In this document: positions 39,136 through 53,804 of the stretch, piece by piece
Layout: every line of letters starts with the position of its first letter
Position numbering within the stretch: the stretch's first letter is position 1
Assembly (NCBI RefSeq): GCF_009914755.1
Contig: NC_060926.1
DNA from: the human T2T-CHM13v2.0 reference genome, Homo sapiens
Direction: 5' to 3' (one strand)
DNA: 64,000 nt
Program-made: the position numbers and the translations under genes
The notes under the pieces: generated by a model
The model's database searches: none
The model's input: the letters and a program-made list of their open reading frames with translations, nothing else
Told to the model about the DNA's origin: nothing

Positions 39136-41454
39136 GAAATAGTGATCTCAGAATCATTTCCCTGATTGCAACCATCTTTGTGCATCCGTAGAGTGACAGC
39201 TTGATGGTGACAATGAGGGTGCACCCTGGCTCAAATAGGAAGGGAATACTTCATCAAAGATGGAATTTTCACTGCATTGTAAATTAAAAGCCTTGGATAA
39301 TGTCTCAAAATGTGGGTGATCTTATACATAGCCTCCTTCCTCACTTGATACTAACATCGAAAACAGACTTAGCACTTTACATTCAACGTAAAGAACATGC
39401 CCATGCGAAAGCATTTAGTAGTAAAGTGGATCGTACCAAAGATTCAAGGGAGGCAGAAGGATTCACATTACAGAGCAAAACACTGAACGAACACCCCATT
39501 TGACAATTCTGTTCATCTCAGCATTTCTCTGACAATTGGGTTCCTCTATTTTGCACTCTTTTCTTCTTTTTCTAGGATTACACTCATATTCCACTGTCTT
39601 TGCAGGGATGTACTAACAGTGAATAACCTTCATTGTTTTATATCATCCCTGGAAAGCATGATCATTTAGATTATTTGATCGGTTCCCTTCTCCTCTTTGA
39701 GGATAAGTGCCAACTGGCTGATTGTCTTTCCCCAGCCTTCCTGGAATTCCAATAAATTACAAATTTTCCATACTGTTCAAATTATATCTAGAGAGGATGT
39801 CATTATATCCACTTCTATAAATAAAGATACAAGTCCAAATGCGCTAAAGTCCCAATGCAATCAATTTTATCTTATCTTTCCCACAAAAAAGATTTAATGC
39901 AAAAAAAAATTAAAGCAAAAAATTCCAAAATTATTATACCTTTACTAATTATTTCCAGAAGTCATGAATTGTTCTTTTTTGTGTTGTCCTATTCTAGTTA
40001 GAATTAAACTACTATACAAATTAGAGACTTTGTTATGTTATAAAATTTCAAAAGAATTATTCTTCACTACTTGCCCAGTAACTATGGGTTCAGATATTGT
40101 AGTCAGCTTTGTACAGAGGCTTCCTTATACAAAAATTTAATAGCTTCCTTCATCGCATGAATTTTTCTAAAGGCATTAACCATTTTTAAAAATTATTCTA
40201 GGAAATTAATTATTTTATGAATTTTTTTATAGAGACTGTAATAGAATCAAAATGTGTCTTGTCTTGCAAATGCCCAGGGTAAGTGGCAAAAGATAGTGTA
40301 TAGAAAAACAAAATTAGTAAGAAAATTGTATCAACTTACCTGGCATTTAAGAACTTTTACTATTTTTTTAAACTAAACTTCTCCCTACTTTTAGTTTTTA
40401 AAAAGCATTACTATCTGTGATAGTTTGCCATGATCAAGAATCATAACATTGATTGACTGAGCTGTTACTACCTGTCTTGGTTTGCCAGCATCCAGAATAG
40501 GAACATTGTTAAAGTGTGCAGACTTCCCACTGTTTACTGAAACGACTTTCTTGTTAACCATGGCAAAATGTCCAGCTCTGAAAATACTCTTCTGAGAACC
40601 CCCATGAACTCACTGTGACTCCAGTGTAATGCACATTTAGAAAGATTTCTGTGAGTCTTTTAAAATGTTGTGGTTTATCACAAATTGCCAAAACCTTGCC
40701 TGCAGTGCTGTTTATCAGCACTAAATTATTTCAAGCGCTCTTCCTGTTAAAGCTTTTAATGTTCTGTGTGACTCCTTATGCTAATGTTATACGTATCATT
40801 GATGTTTCTGCTCACATGAAACAAAGCACATTCATAAAATCTGGATTTCACACAAAGGTCGCTTTTTCTTCAACATCGCATTTAAATTGATTCACTCTAA
40901 GTATTTCCTCTATATTCCTATAAATCTGATATGGAGGCTGGATGGATCAGTCACTGAAATGAATCAGATAATGCGTTACACATTAAGGCAAAGTAAATTT
41001 AACCCACTGCTAGTAAAAATGGATTTAGATGTGTGTGGTTTTGTAAAACATGCAATCTGTTGTGTTTGATCTTCTCTTTGGAGGTGGGGATAGAGGTAGT
41101 CTATACACAAACACACTAAATGAATATATGTTTATGCCGGCAAATAAATGATCCTTTTCTCTTCTAGCAGGCTTCCAAACCTACCTCTCATTCCAAGTAA
41201 GGCCACGAGCTCTGGGTGGAGTTCACCTACATTACTAGGCACAACCCTTTACATACAATTCTAAAAGAGGTATTTATTATGTAACTTTGAGAGAGAAAAA
41301 TGCACCATCGATCTCTATTCTTACTAAGGCCTATCACATAGGATGGCTTTTGTATTCAAATAAATGATTTTGGATACTTTTGAAGACTGAATGAACATAT
41401 ATTCTTTGGAATTTTAAGTATATCCTCCATATGAGCTAAAGTATTAAGTATGAT

Positions 41455-41712
41455 ATCAGTCCTAGTGCTCTATAGTGCTGTAGAGTATATATAGTTAACA
41501 ACAATTTATTGTATATGTTCAAAAAGCTGGAAGAGAGGATTTTGAATGTTCCCAATACAAAGAAATGACAAATGTTTGAGGTGATGGATATGCTAATTAT
41601 TCTTATTTGAACATTACACATTACACATCTCAACACATATACATGTATTGAAATACCACTCTGAACCCCATAAATATGTTTAATTATTATGAGTCCACCA
41701 AAAATAAAAAAG
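41455..41712 (+). mobile_element. L1MA3/4-like 3' end
   Basis: gaagagaggattttgaatgttcccaatacaaagaaatgacaaatgtttgaggtgatggatatgctaatta...accccataaatatg, followed by an A tail. Confidence 0.85.
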
Positions 41713-41862
41713 TTAAAAGTAAGTTTCCTTTGATTTGAAATTTGGTGTAAGAGATGCCATCTAGCATGCCTGAAGAAACTTGATGCTCTGCTAGGGAATT
41801 TGAGGATTTATCTCTAAACTACAGACCCCAGATGCAATAAATCATTTGCACACACCATGCTT

Positions 41863-42041
41863 TTGATACATAAATATAAGTCTATTTAATTTTATCTTTA
41901 CATTTTTGTTTTGTGTTTGCGTGTGTGTGTGTGTATGTGTGTGTATTTGTTTGGCTTACCTAGTTACATATATGTACTTTTTAAGAAAAAGTCCAACATG
42001 TCTAACTGGCTTTTACATTCCACTAATGCCATGTCTCTTTT
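41863..42041 (+). repeat. Left arm (donor) of a 179-bp inverted duplication; includes a (TG)n tract
   Basis: Reverse complement of 43002-43180 with 2 substitutions. Confidence 0.95.
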
Positions 42042-42164
42042 GGTAAAAGAAGTTTTTCCCCTTTGCTCATGCTTTATAACTGTTTTTATTAAGCTATCTG
42101 TCATTAAATTCACAGTTTGAGATGACTTTACCAATACAAACCTATGAAATACAGACTATAATAA

Positions 42165-42465
42165 TTATGTAGCCAGCATCCATTTCACTATTTTGCACAC
42201 AATGCGACATTTCATAGTCCTCCTGCATCTAGCTCCTGGAATATAACAAGAGGTAGTATTTGTTTCTCTCAGGCCAGACCTGGTCATAAAGCATCCTGCA
42301 CAATCTTCCATGCTATCTCTCCTCAGACTATGTGGCCGGAAGCAAAGGATTCCAAGATGGTGGAGACATATGTTGATAAGAGTCCAGATCTCTGAATCAG
42401 TGGCTGCCCAGGAAATCTGTTCAAATTGAGCATGGGCTCGAGCAAGAAATAAGCTGTCTTCAGTT
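42165..42465 (+). mobile_element. MLT1J-like MaLR LTR relic
   Basis: ggattccaagatggtggagac...agagtccagatctctgaatca...gagcaagaaataagct. Confidence 0.55.
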
Positions 42466-42799
42466 GTGCTCCTCAGCTCTTGATGTCTTCTTTAACTCTG
42501 TTTTGAAATTATGATTTCACTCTTTAGGCAGCTGATTTTGGGGGCAACATTTTCTTATTTCAAATATGTCTTCTAAAGGTAACTCAACAGAACTTCCAGA
42601 GCTTATGTAGGTCATTGTGCAATTGTATTTAGGGGAGGAAGCTCCGTACTCTTGGGGTGTTCGTCCACAAACCATCTACTTATTAAATACATGGTTACTG
42701 TGTTCTTATTTTTGAGCATGGAGAGCACTGCCTACATGTCACTTCACTAGAAGAATAATTTTATTACTTCTATATGTACAACTTTGCCCTTATGTCTTG

Positions 42800-43364
42800 G
42801 GCTAGGGTATTTATGTTTGTGTCCCCTCAAAATTCATGTTGAAATACTAACCTCCCAGGTGATAGTATTAAGAGGTAGGCTTTTTTGGAAGGTGATTATG
42901 TCATATGTCAGAGCCCTAATGAATGGGATTAGTGCCTTTATAAAAGAGGCCCAAGGGAGCTCATTGCATTGGCCCTTTCTATCATGACATTAGTGAAATG
43001 TAAAAGAGACATGACATTAGTGGAATGTAAAAGCCAGTTAGACATGTTGGACTTTTTCTTAAAAAGTACATATATGTAACTAGGTAAGCCAAACAAATAC
43101 ACACACATACACACACACACAGGCAAACACAAAACAAAAATGTAAAGATAAAATTAAATAGACTTATATTTATGTATCAATAAATATAAATGTTTATAAA
43201 GATGTTGCAAGAAGTTGCTGTCCTTGAGGAATGGGTCTCAACAGACATATCAACTCTGCCACCACCTTTATCTTTTACTTCCTGGCCTCCAGGACTGTGA
43301 GAAATAAATATTTTTCATTTATAAACCACCTAATATTTTACTTTGTCCCAACAGACTTAAGACA
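42800..43364 (+). mobile_element. MLT1A0-like MaLR solo LTR interrupted by a templated insertion
   Basis: atgtttgtgtcccctcaaaattcatgttgaaatactaacctcccaggtgatagtattaagaggt ... cctccaggactgtgagaaataaa...acttaagaca. Foreign sequence occupies about 42987-43200. Confidence 0.85.
43002..43180 (-). repeat. Right arm (inserted copy) of the 179-bp inverted duplication
   Basis: Reverse complement of 41863-42041; ORF-track peptides 41911+ and 42938- are nearly identical. Confidence 0.95.
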
Positions 43365-44884
43365 TTTTGTGAATTAATAAACTCAGCTTAATTTTACAAA
43401 CTAAGCATTTTACCCAGACCTGCCTGGGATTGTTCCACAAAGTTTACTATATTGAGAATGTCCTTTCTCTATATTTTAAATATTCTTACATGTTAGTTCT
43501 ACAGGTCCTAAAATTGTTTCCTAATCCTGCATAAAGCAATAAGAAACTTCACATTCTGATAGATGCCTGACAGTCAAGACTTGTTGGAGCCGAACAACCC
43601 AAAATGTCTCCATCGCTGGGCATCTCTTTGCGTCCTGAGGTTTATACTAAAGATGGTAACTCTCTGTCATTTTGGATGTCATTCCTGGACTGTGTGCTTT
43701 ATACCACTGGACACAAGCCAGTCTACTGCAACTCAAGGCCTTTCCAATAATTCCCCAACTGAGTAGAGCTACAGAGGTTTGAACAACTTCCCTTTTACAC
43801 CATTTCTTGGGACTTTTACTAAACTTACTGTTTTTGCTCAATGAGAATGTGAAAATAGCTTGAAGAACATATTTTTATTATTGTTTTCAGTGTTTCTTTT
43901 TTTAACTTCAGACTATTTTGTAAAACAGCCAAGACTCCTTCAGTACCTTTACGTGTTCTAAAAATACAGATGTTCTTTTGCTTATTTATTAAAAAGAATT
44001 AACCTTCCATGACACATGGCAGACTTAATTTGTTGAATTTTGGAAAGTGCAATTATTCAAACTATAGTGCTGGGTTCTACAAGGTACACTGTAAGTGCAC
44101 ACATCATTTTTCTTGGGTTTAGAATTCATTTTTTCAGTCATTTGATAACTAGATGGTTATCTCAGGCAATAAACAGGGCTCACATTAACAAGGTACCCAA
44201 ATTTCAATGGTCCTAATCCCACTTACATCACGTTGAACTTTGGATCCCACAAACTAACTGCCTACAGACTTTAAGAAGTAAGGCTATCTTCTTACAGTAT
44301 AGAAAATGGGCAGTTATTTTCTCTGTTTCTCTGCTAAAAGTGGTCCCCTATTCTGTCATGCCTGCTGTGGTCACCTGTGACTGGTGATGTTCACAAGGAT
44401 AATATTTACTAGGACTTCCAACACTACTGACCTTACAAGTGAAACCACTCTGCTCTCTTGCTGCCTTACTGAGTCAGAGCCAACTGCACTATTTGCATTA
44501 ATAGCCTGCTTGATCACAGAGAACTACAGAAGCAAAGCAATGGGACACCTGCTTATCTCTGATTTCCCTCCTTCCCTCAGTCATGGGTGGTCTCTCCATG
44601 AAGCAACCCGCCCATTCCAATCTGCCCCTGAGGCTCCTGGTAAAATGCTTCTCTTCTCTTTCTGCCTTTCTTCACTCACTCATTTGCTCTGTCCCACACT
44701 CTGGCAATAAATGTATTGATTGTGAACAAAAATATTATCAGTTTCAACTAGAACCATAACTAAGGCCCTACCCTCCCTCTACCTTAGTCACAAATACACT
44801 GATTGTTTTTTCTTTAGTACCAACTGTTCCTTCATGGATGATAAGTCCTGTGCTGCAATCACGCCAAATGCATGATTCTTAACT

Positions 44885-45078
44885 CTCAGAATTCAAACTT
44901 TAGGCTGCAAAAAGGATTATCTGGGAGCCCGTTCAAATTGTGAATTCCAGGGCTCTACTCCTAGCTCTCCCATTCAAGGTCTATTGCTCCTGGGTGAACT
45001 ATTTTCACTTTTGCAAAGCACCCAGAGGATTCTCATTCAGGTGCTTCAAGCCTTCTTCTACTTTTAGATACAATGCCA
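44885..45078. mobile_element. MER5-type hAT-Charlie MITE relic
   Basis: ttcaaactttaggctgcaaaaaggattatctgggagcc...aattccagggctctactcc...aagcacccagaggattctcattcaggtg. Confidence 0.55.
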
Positions 45079-45169
45079 GCTGCCATATTAACATTCTTGA
45101 CTCTTCAGGGCATAGTATAAATTTTATTAATAATTTCTATAACTTTTTTTCTTTTTTGGTAACAATGAT

Positions 45170-46005
45170 TTTGCCTGGCAGTCTATGCTGTTACTTGATG
45201 CAGACATGTTTAGAATTCCTACAAATTCCTGGCAGATTGGTCATTTTAACACTATGTAATGTCCTTCTTTGTCTCTAGCCATTTTCTTTGATCTGAAATG
45301 TACTTTATCTTTTAATTGGTGTATTTAAACCATTTACATTTAAGGAAATTGTGGATATATTAAGGCTTAGATCTGTCATTTTATTATTTATTTTCTGTTT
45401 CTGATTTATTTGTTTCTCTTTTCTTGCCTACCTGTTGGTTTCTTGAACATGTTTTAGAAATTCTTCCTATGAATCTACAGTGTTTTTGAGTATGTAACTT
45501 TGTATAGTTCTCTTGGTGACTTGTCTAGAAATTACAATATACATGTGTAACCTATCATAGTTCATTGGCACTGATGTCTTATCACTCAAGTGAAGTGTAG
45601 AAAACTTTCATTTATTTCCTTTTGCCCTCTCTACTTTTTAAAATATAGTTGTTTGTCTTAAGTATTTCCTATATATCCATTGAGTACCATGTAAGATGGT
45701 GTTACAGTTTTGGCCCCAACCATGAAATGTGATTTAATAAACTAATTAAAGAAATACAAAACCACTCCCATTTTTATACATATCCATGGTTTTCCTTCCT
45801 TTCTGGAGTTTCAGGTATTCTTCTGTTATCATTTATATTCTATTTAGAGAACTTTGGTTAGCCATTTATTAAAGGTTAAATTGCTGGCAAAAAAAAAAAA
45901 AAATTCTTGGTTTTTCTTCACCTGAAAAGCTCTTGATTTCCCCTTCATTCTTAAGGATATTTTTACTGAATATAGAACCTTGGATTGGCATTTCTTTTCT
46001 CTGTG
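45170..46005 (-). mobile_element. Old L1M (L1MC-like) ORF1/ORF2 junction fragment
   Basis: tttaaaccatttacatttaaggaaattgtggatatattaaggcttagatctgtcatttt; ttcccttcattcttaaggatatttttactgaatatagaa. Confidence 0.7.
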
Positions 46006-47189
46006 ATATAAATGACACAGTTATTAGCCTGTTTCTATGAATTTTTTAGAGATTTTTTCTTATAAAAAATTCTGAAATCAAGATCATACATTTTGTTGGA
46101 GGAGTCATATATTCATAGACTTCAGGGAAGGATTCAGCGGATAACAAATGTAAAGTCTAATTCAACCACAGAGAGTGATGAGAGATGGAACAAGGTCTGA
46201 GCGGAAGTGGAAATCATTTTCGTAAGCAGAAGTGGATCAGCTTCCTTCTCTGAGACTAGAGGGAAAAGGAGGACAAGAAGAGATTTACATGGAGATCAGA
46301 GCATGTCTTCTAAATTGATTTCTCCCTGGGTGCTATTCTTGGTGAACTCTGAATGTTTAAAGATAAATATTTTTCATAAACCAAGACACTAAACTTCAAG
46401 ACAACTACTTAATTTCTCCTCATCTAAAGAAATATCTATGTATTCTACTTCAGAATAAAAATGAAAGAAATGAACTACAGAATATCCATGGTTACACATG
46501 TAGTGGTGTTGGCTTTTAGATATCTTATGACTGTCTGAAACATGGAACCATCCCAAACAATTTTCAAGGGGGATCTGACCCCATACAATGTTTGCCTGAT
46601 ACTCTTGGCTTTGTAACCTAACCTTGGCTTAGATGAGACTGCATTTCTTTCTGGTGCCCAACTTGAGAAATTCTGCCAACTTTTTTTGGAGATATTTAAA
46701 TAGGTTAATTATAATACGTTAACACTGAAAAAAAAAGGAAAAGATAAAGCACCTTTTCTTGCCTATCAGTAAGGAAAAATATAAAAAATATTTTCAGCAC
46801 TGCCCAGAAAATCTTTATTAGAATAAAAATATGACTGAGATCTACTTATTCAATTTTTAATTTTTTTTTGACCATGCTGCTTCTAGCAAATAGGACCGGT
46901 AATTTTAAAAAGTCAACTTAACAGAATGTACACATCAAAATGAACTATATTTATTGTAATCTCACTTATATGTGTATCCAAGTTTGCTGCCAATGTAAAA
47001 AAAACTTTTTGGAAACTCATTTTTGGAAAAGTATCTGAAATCTCCAGCATGGTCTTTTCAGGAACATCAATGCAACAAAGGAAACCAGCTGGCTGTGTTG
47101 GTGAGACACACAGAAGACTGATTTGGTAACGGAAGGTGAGCTCTGTCAGTTTCCACAAGGGCAAAAGAGTATTGAGTCCTCATTGTGTG

Positions 47190-47310
47190 TCTGTCTCTTC
47201 CAATAGACTTTGGGCTCACGAAATGAAGGTACCATATTTTATTCATTTCAGTGTTCCCAGCACAGTTCTTGGCACATATCAGGCATATCATCAAAGATTA
47301 TTAAATTCTA
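47190..47310 (+). mobile_element. L2 3' end relic
   Basis: ttttattcatttcagtgttcccagcacagttcttggcacatatcaggca. Confidence 0.65.
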
Positions 47311-49184
47311 TTTTCTTAATTCAAATCACAGTTAATGGTCCTAATGATCTGAAGTGACCCCAAATGTTTCTCTGACCATTTGCAAATAAGCATGAAATGA
47401 TTCTTTTTTCTCATGCGTGCATACCATTTCTACATGTAATATATATGCATAATGTATTATAAATTTTCACAGAACAGTATTTCCTGACCCCATCCTCCCC
47501 TTGCAGTGCAATAGTCTTATGGGGATTATTCATGATTGATAGTTGGATTCATTTTTCAACTAGATACCTGTATCCAAATGAATGCTTTAATATTTCAACC
47601 CCGCAAAAATGTAATGAAAAACCTGTCATGGATAATAAGTTGCAATGAAGTGCTTGAGAACCTTAAATGACAGGCTCTCTGTGATTTTAAATTCCAGTTC
47701 TCTTGGATTTGAGTTATACAGTTAACTAAGTTAAGGATGCTATGTGTAAAGAAAAATATGATCATTTTAATAAATATCATAATCAAAAATAATAACAAAA
47801 ATCACTTTGCAGTGCTAAATAAAAGTAATATTTTTTTCAGGGGACTTTATACCAGAAACAATGAGGTACAATCTGAGGGTGACTTCAATTAGCTGATTTC
47901 TCATCTCTTTTTTTTTATGTCTATTTGCTTTGTTTTGTCTTAATTCATTTTTTACTCCACTGTCTTACATATTAACCAGACATAATATAACACTTTGAAG
48001 AAACCTAGATTTCCAGGGCAAAATAACTCAACAAGCTTTATTATCAATTGATGTGTGTTTGTGTGTATAATTCTAAAAATGTAAAATGAGTAATCATGAA
48101 AGTTAAGTTTACCTTTCTTTATTATGTTCATCCAAATTTATATTTACAGAATTAGAATACTTTCCTAGATGTCACCCAGAATCAAAAGTTCTATTACACC
48201 GATAAATGTGAATTTCCACATGAGAAAATTTGCTTTCTCCACTCTGTGTTTTATGTGGCTGTTACTGAAACAAACCAAATGGGTAAATCAATACAAATGG
48301 CCCTTGAGGCCTAGAGAGAGCACAAGAAAGTGTAGCATCATTAAACTAAATTATGAACAAGCACTTAAGAAGACAAATAAGTATTTTGTTACCATAAGTC
48401 TTCATTTTTTTATGGTGATGATAATTGAAAATGTTTACAAAACATGCATGGTACCAGAAACAAGTCTTCTGTGATTGTGTCCTAATACTTAGGTATACCA
48501 AGTTGCTATGGCTGTTTTAATCAGATAGAAAAGTATAAATCTAGAGATGAAAATCTGATAGCATTTTCTCAAGCCCCAAACTCTATCTGGTATTAGGAAA
48601 CACATAACTCGGGAGGAGTGATAATCAGGGAGGTGAACATTGGAAGAGTAATGGGGCCAGCTAGAGAGCATGGGTTTCACCTTGTTACTCTATAAACATG
48701 AGTCTGGAGCTGAGCCTAAAGAAGGAAGACACAGGAGGGGATAAAAGGAAATAATGCTAAGGGCTCAGGTAAGTGACGAGGACAGAACACAGAACACAGA
48801 GGCTGCAAAGATAGGGGCTGCCCTTCCTGTTTCCTAGGAAACTGCTCCCAGATACCCAGGTTTATATCATCCACAGGCTTACAGCAGATGAAAATGAAGA
48901 AGGACTAAGCCCAATATTCTACAAACAGAATACACGCCCAGGAGATAGATCCAAGGACATGATATGTGAATAAAAATTATTTTGAAAAAGTCTGGAGCAA
49001 ATGCATCTCAGAAGAAAGAATAAATGACCCGGCATTTTTAAAACTCAAAATTCAGGGCATAAGTGACTTTTGGTCCTGAGCAAAACTATGTGTGATATGC
49101 ACTTCATAAGTGACAGTTTAGGGCAATGGTCATTATATAGTGGATTAGAACCAACCCTGGGAGCAAATCAAAATACATAATTTT

Positions 49185-49451
<267 letters not shown>

Positions 49452-50124
49452 CAAAATACATAATTTTAATTAACCTTCTTATATAAGGCATGTAAATTTA
49501 ATATTAGAAAAAAATTACCTGTATTATAATTTAATTTAATAATGATGTTTGAGGTCTTCTAACCAAGACAATTTATTTTGTTTTATACAAATAATTTTAA
49601 GTCTAAACATAGGAGAGGTTTTAGAAAAAAAAATTATATAAATTATTTTCATGACAGATGTGCAGGTTTTGATATAAACATAAATCCTATCTGGAAAGCT
49701 CAAATTCTTTACTGTCTTTGTGAAAGATGGTTTTCAACAAAACATTATGCTTTTTTGCCCATACTAGCTACCAGGATCATGAATCTGAAGAAATTATACA
49801 TATATATACACACATAAAATTATTATATATAGACTATATATATATTTGTCACTGCCGGTTGTTATTTTGACAGATTAAATAGAAACTGAATAGATAACTT
49901 TTACTTCACTGAATCAAAAACGCTCTTTATTGGTTATAAATGACATTGAAATACACTCCTGCAAAGCACATCAGAATGGTTTATGACTTTTTAAGGAAAA
50001 ATATTATATTCAATGGGCTGACTGAAAATTTGCCTTAAACATAGTGACTCTATTCTATGTGAAAAATGATATAATTTAAAGAGACTGCAAAAACATACAT
50101 AAATTAGTTTTATTTGTCTTTGAC

Positions 50125-50545
50125 AGCTATGGTACAGCCCGTAGTACTCACACATATGCATTTATCTTCCCTTTCCAGGTTTCTGGAATGGTTAGCCTTT
50201 GTTACCCTTCCATCCAGGTAGCAATGTGCAACTGTTTCTGGTCCAGAAGCAACCAGCAGTGACATGGGTCACTTCCCAGCTAAAGCATTTCATTGCTGAT
50301 ATGAGTCTCCATGCACTCTTTCCCTCTATGATAATCATGGAGGAAGACTCATATTCTAATGGTGGAACTATGGATTTGAAGGTTCGTGTGTCAACAAAAT
50401 CTCTACCTGGAGGAAACCTGCCTGAGAGAGTTACTTGGATGCACAAAAACTTAGCATGACTCAGAAAGAAACCTCTGGGGTGTGAAGCCACTAACTTGTT
50501 TTGATTGTTATTTCAGCACAACCTAGAATATACTAATGAATATAA
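50125..50545 (+). mobile_element. MLT1J/K-like MaLR LTR relic
   Basis: gcagtgacatgggtcacttcccagctaaagcattt...gaaacctctggggtgtgaagccact...ttgttatttcagcacaacctag. Confidence 0.65.
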
Positions 50546-51538
50546 ATTTAGACAGCACTTTTTGTGCCATGATATTCCCATGTAGTGCTTAATGCACAAG
50601 TATTTACGTTTTGACCTATTATATTTAATTCAAAAAAGCTTTTTAGAAGCTGAGGCCAAACTAAATAAAAAGGGAACAACATGCCCAAATTTAGTCAAAT
50701 ATTGGACTCTTCATCTTCATACAACAATTTGGAATATAAAAGAATGATGGCAGAGAGTTAATACTTCAAATATTGCATTGTAAGCTATATTTTTCTTAGA
50801 AAAGGATCTCCTGACCCATATAAACAGATATTTTTTAAGCAGTACTCTCTACTATGTAAATATTCTATAGCAGCCAGTATCTCTCATTTACAGGGTATTA
50901 TCGTTGGCAGTAGGACATGAAGAGAAATCCTGAGGGTGTTTATGTTTAGGTGTCTTATTTCTGGAGGGCAGGAAATGACAAATACTGCCAAAAGAAACCT
51001 GCCCCATGCCAGCAGTCCTTAGAGACTTTAATAAAGTTCAAAATTTTTATATTAATGTTACTATTCTTTTTTTAGTGAGTTTAAAATAGCACATTTTGAG
51101 AAACAAATTTTCTTTTCTTGAGAATGAAATATTTTTAAGAGGAGAGCTTTGGTAGAGATTTTCTTTATTCAGGAGACTTTACACTTATGAGAACTAGAGG
51201 GAAGTTATGAAAGTCATAAGAGAAATAATGTTTCACTACCAAAATTGTTTGTCATTTTGAGTTGCCTTGTCTAAAGAAGAAAACATATTTGGTTGATTCT
51301 CCTAATATCTTGTTACAATTTATTCAGTGGGAATTTATGAAGTGATGACATAAATGGGAAACCCTTGTAATCAACACTTTTGTATTCTAACTGCCTTCTC
51401 TTCTTGGTCTTGGGTCATCTTGTCATCTACTTCTTCACATCATCAACTTTTCTTAGGTGAAAATACTGATATTCTAAAATTGACTAAACCTAAGCATGGG
51501 GAATATTTTTACTTTAATTTTTTTCCTTAAAGTTATGG

Positions 51539-51541
<3 letters not shown>

Positions 51542-51578
<37 letters not shown>
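51542..51578 (+). repeat. (TG)18 microsatellite
   Basis: Uninterrupted TG run. Confidence 0.97.
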
Positions 51579-51580
<2 letters not shown>

Positions 51581-51623
51581 CACTATAAGGATAGAACAGA
51601 AACAAACATTTTTTAGAATCATC

Positions 51624-52131
51624 TGTTAAAGGCAGAATAATACACTCTCCACCAAAGAAAAGGTATCTACATCCTAAACCTCAGAACCTGTGACTATATT
51701 ATGTTACATGGAAAGGGGAATTAAAATAAGGTTGCTAATTTTAAGGATGCTTATTTCCTTAAAACAGGGAGATTGTCCTGGATTTTCCAGATGGTGCTAA
51801 TGGATCCTTAAATGTGGAAAAGAGAGGCATATGAGGGTCAGTGTCAGAATGATATGATGTGAAAAAGACTCAACTTGCCATTGATAGCTTTGAAGAGGGA
51901 AGAAGAAAGCTATGAGCCAAGAGATGTGAATGTCCTTTGGAAGCTGAAAAAGGAAAGGATATGGATTTACTCTTAGAGGCTCCAGAAAGAAATGCAGCCT
52001 TACTGACATCATGGTTTCAGAGTGAGAACCACATCAAATTTCTAACCTAACAGAATTGTAAGATAATAAATTTGTGTTTTAAGCTAGTAAATTTGTGGTC
52101 ATTTACTACAGCTGCGATAGAAAACTAAGAC
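51624..52131 (+). mobile_element. MLT1D MaLR solo LTR
   Basis: ggcagaataat...acatcctaaacctcagaacctgtgactatattatgttacatggaaaggggaattaa...ttgtggtcatttactacagctgcgatagaaaactaagac. Confidence 0.85.
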
Positions 52132-52264
52132 CTTTATAATGGCCTATGAGAATAAGACAATTTGAAAAACACTGTCCCTTAATTCTTTGAGTATTAAGAA
52201 GTATACAGTAACCAGTTTTTCTTAATTTCAACCAACAATCAAATAATAATAATAATAAAATAGA

Positions 52265-52604
<340 letters not shown>

Positions 52605-53804
52605 TCAGCATCATTCTCCAGACTCTGTTTTGGGAAACAGAATATAATTCCTTAAAGAAATGAATGAACATGCTAGATTTCCCCAATGCTTGAGTTTGCC
52701 CTGATGCATCTCTGCTGGGAAATTGAGAAATGAACTACACTGTCTTGTGAGATGTTTCTATGCAACAAGTCTATAACTGAACAAGAATAAATCATAACAA
52801 GTGAGAATCTTGAAAGGTCAAGCCATAAGGTTCACCACTGAGTTGGACTGGGTCAGAAGCTGGGAATGTTATTTAATACTGAGACAGATTGTAAACTTGC
52901 CAATCCAATCACACTCTACTTTGATGTTATGCTTTTTGCTTTGAGGCTCTGGTTTATGGCAGTTGATGTTTATTTTCACATATACTTTCCTTTCTTCCTA
53001 CTTTATAAAATTCTTGGAATTGGTATTTCTGCATCCTACTTAAGGCAAAGCATTAATTCAAGCCAACTAGTAAGCTCCTACCCTCTCTTGGTTCCAATTT
53101 CAACCCCATTATTGTATAAAATTTCATGTTTACAACGTTCTAACTCTGTGTTAAGAATAACAGCCTCAGTCATCAAGGCTTATGGGGCTTTCCACATTTC
53201 CAAATCAGTCATGAAAAAAACATGGACTAAAACCAAACATTTTAAAATGTATTTTGTGGAGTAATAACATTCATCTAACTGCAGATAGAAACTTTTTTGT
53301 TCAGCCCAGAGATCATTGCAGTGATTCCAAATGTTTAGTCAAGACAGTGAAGACAGACTCTTTTCAAGCCACTTAAAATCCTGGTGGGGAAATAAACATG
53401 GCAAAATATACATTTAAATCTCAAAAACATATTAAAATGCAAAGACTGTTGGAGAAGTTAACGGGAAGTACTAAAACTACGACAGGTGTTTAGTAATGAT
53501 AAATAGGATTTTCGACAACATTTCAATTAACTAGTCCTTTGAGATTATTTTCATTGCTAAATTAGCTAATTGAAATAGATTATAAGAGCTTATTAAACAC
53601 TTAATTCTGGTTTTCTTCCGTGTGAAATCTATCCAATTAGCATTTAAAAATATCTGAACATTTGGTATAACATAGATGAAACATCAAAATGGTCTCAGAA
53701 TTTTTCGTAATTAAAATATATATTTTGTTGTTAAAGAAACATTAACTCGGATAGACTTAGGTGTCTTTTTTCTTCCTCTTTTTCTTAACCCAGGTGAGAA
53801 AAGG

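Noticed and set aside
40334-40345. U1 snRNA 5'-end match acttacctggca
   Set aside because: Only 12 nt and the rest of U1 is absent; not an snRNA gene or pseudogene.
41911-43132. Two nearly identical small peptides on opposite strands, suggesting a duplicated gene
   Set aside because: Explained by the inverted duplication of non-coding DNA containing a TG repeat; non-ATG starts and no coding features.
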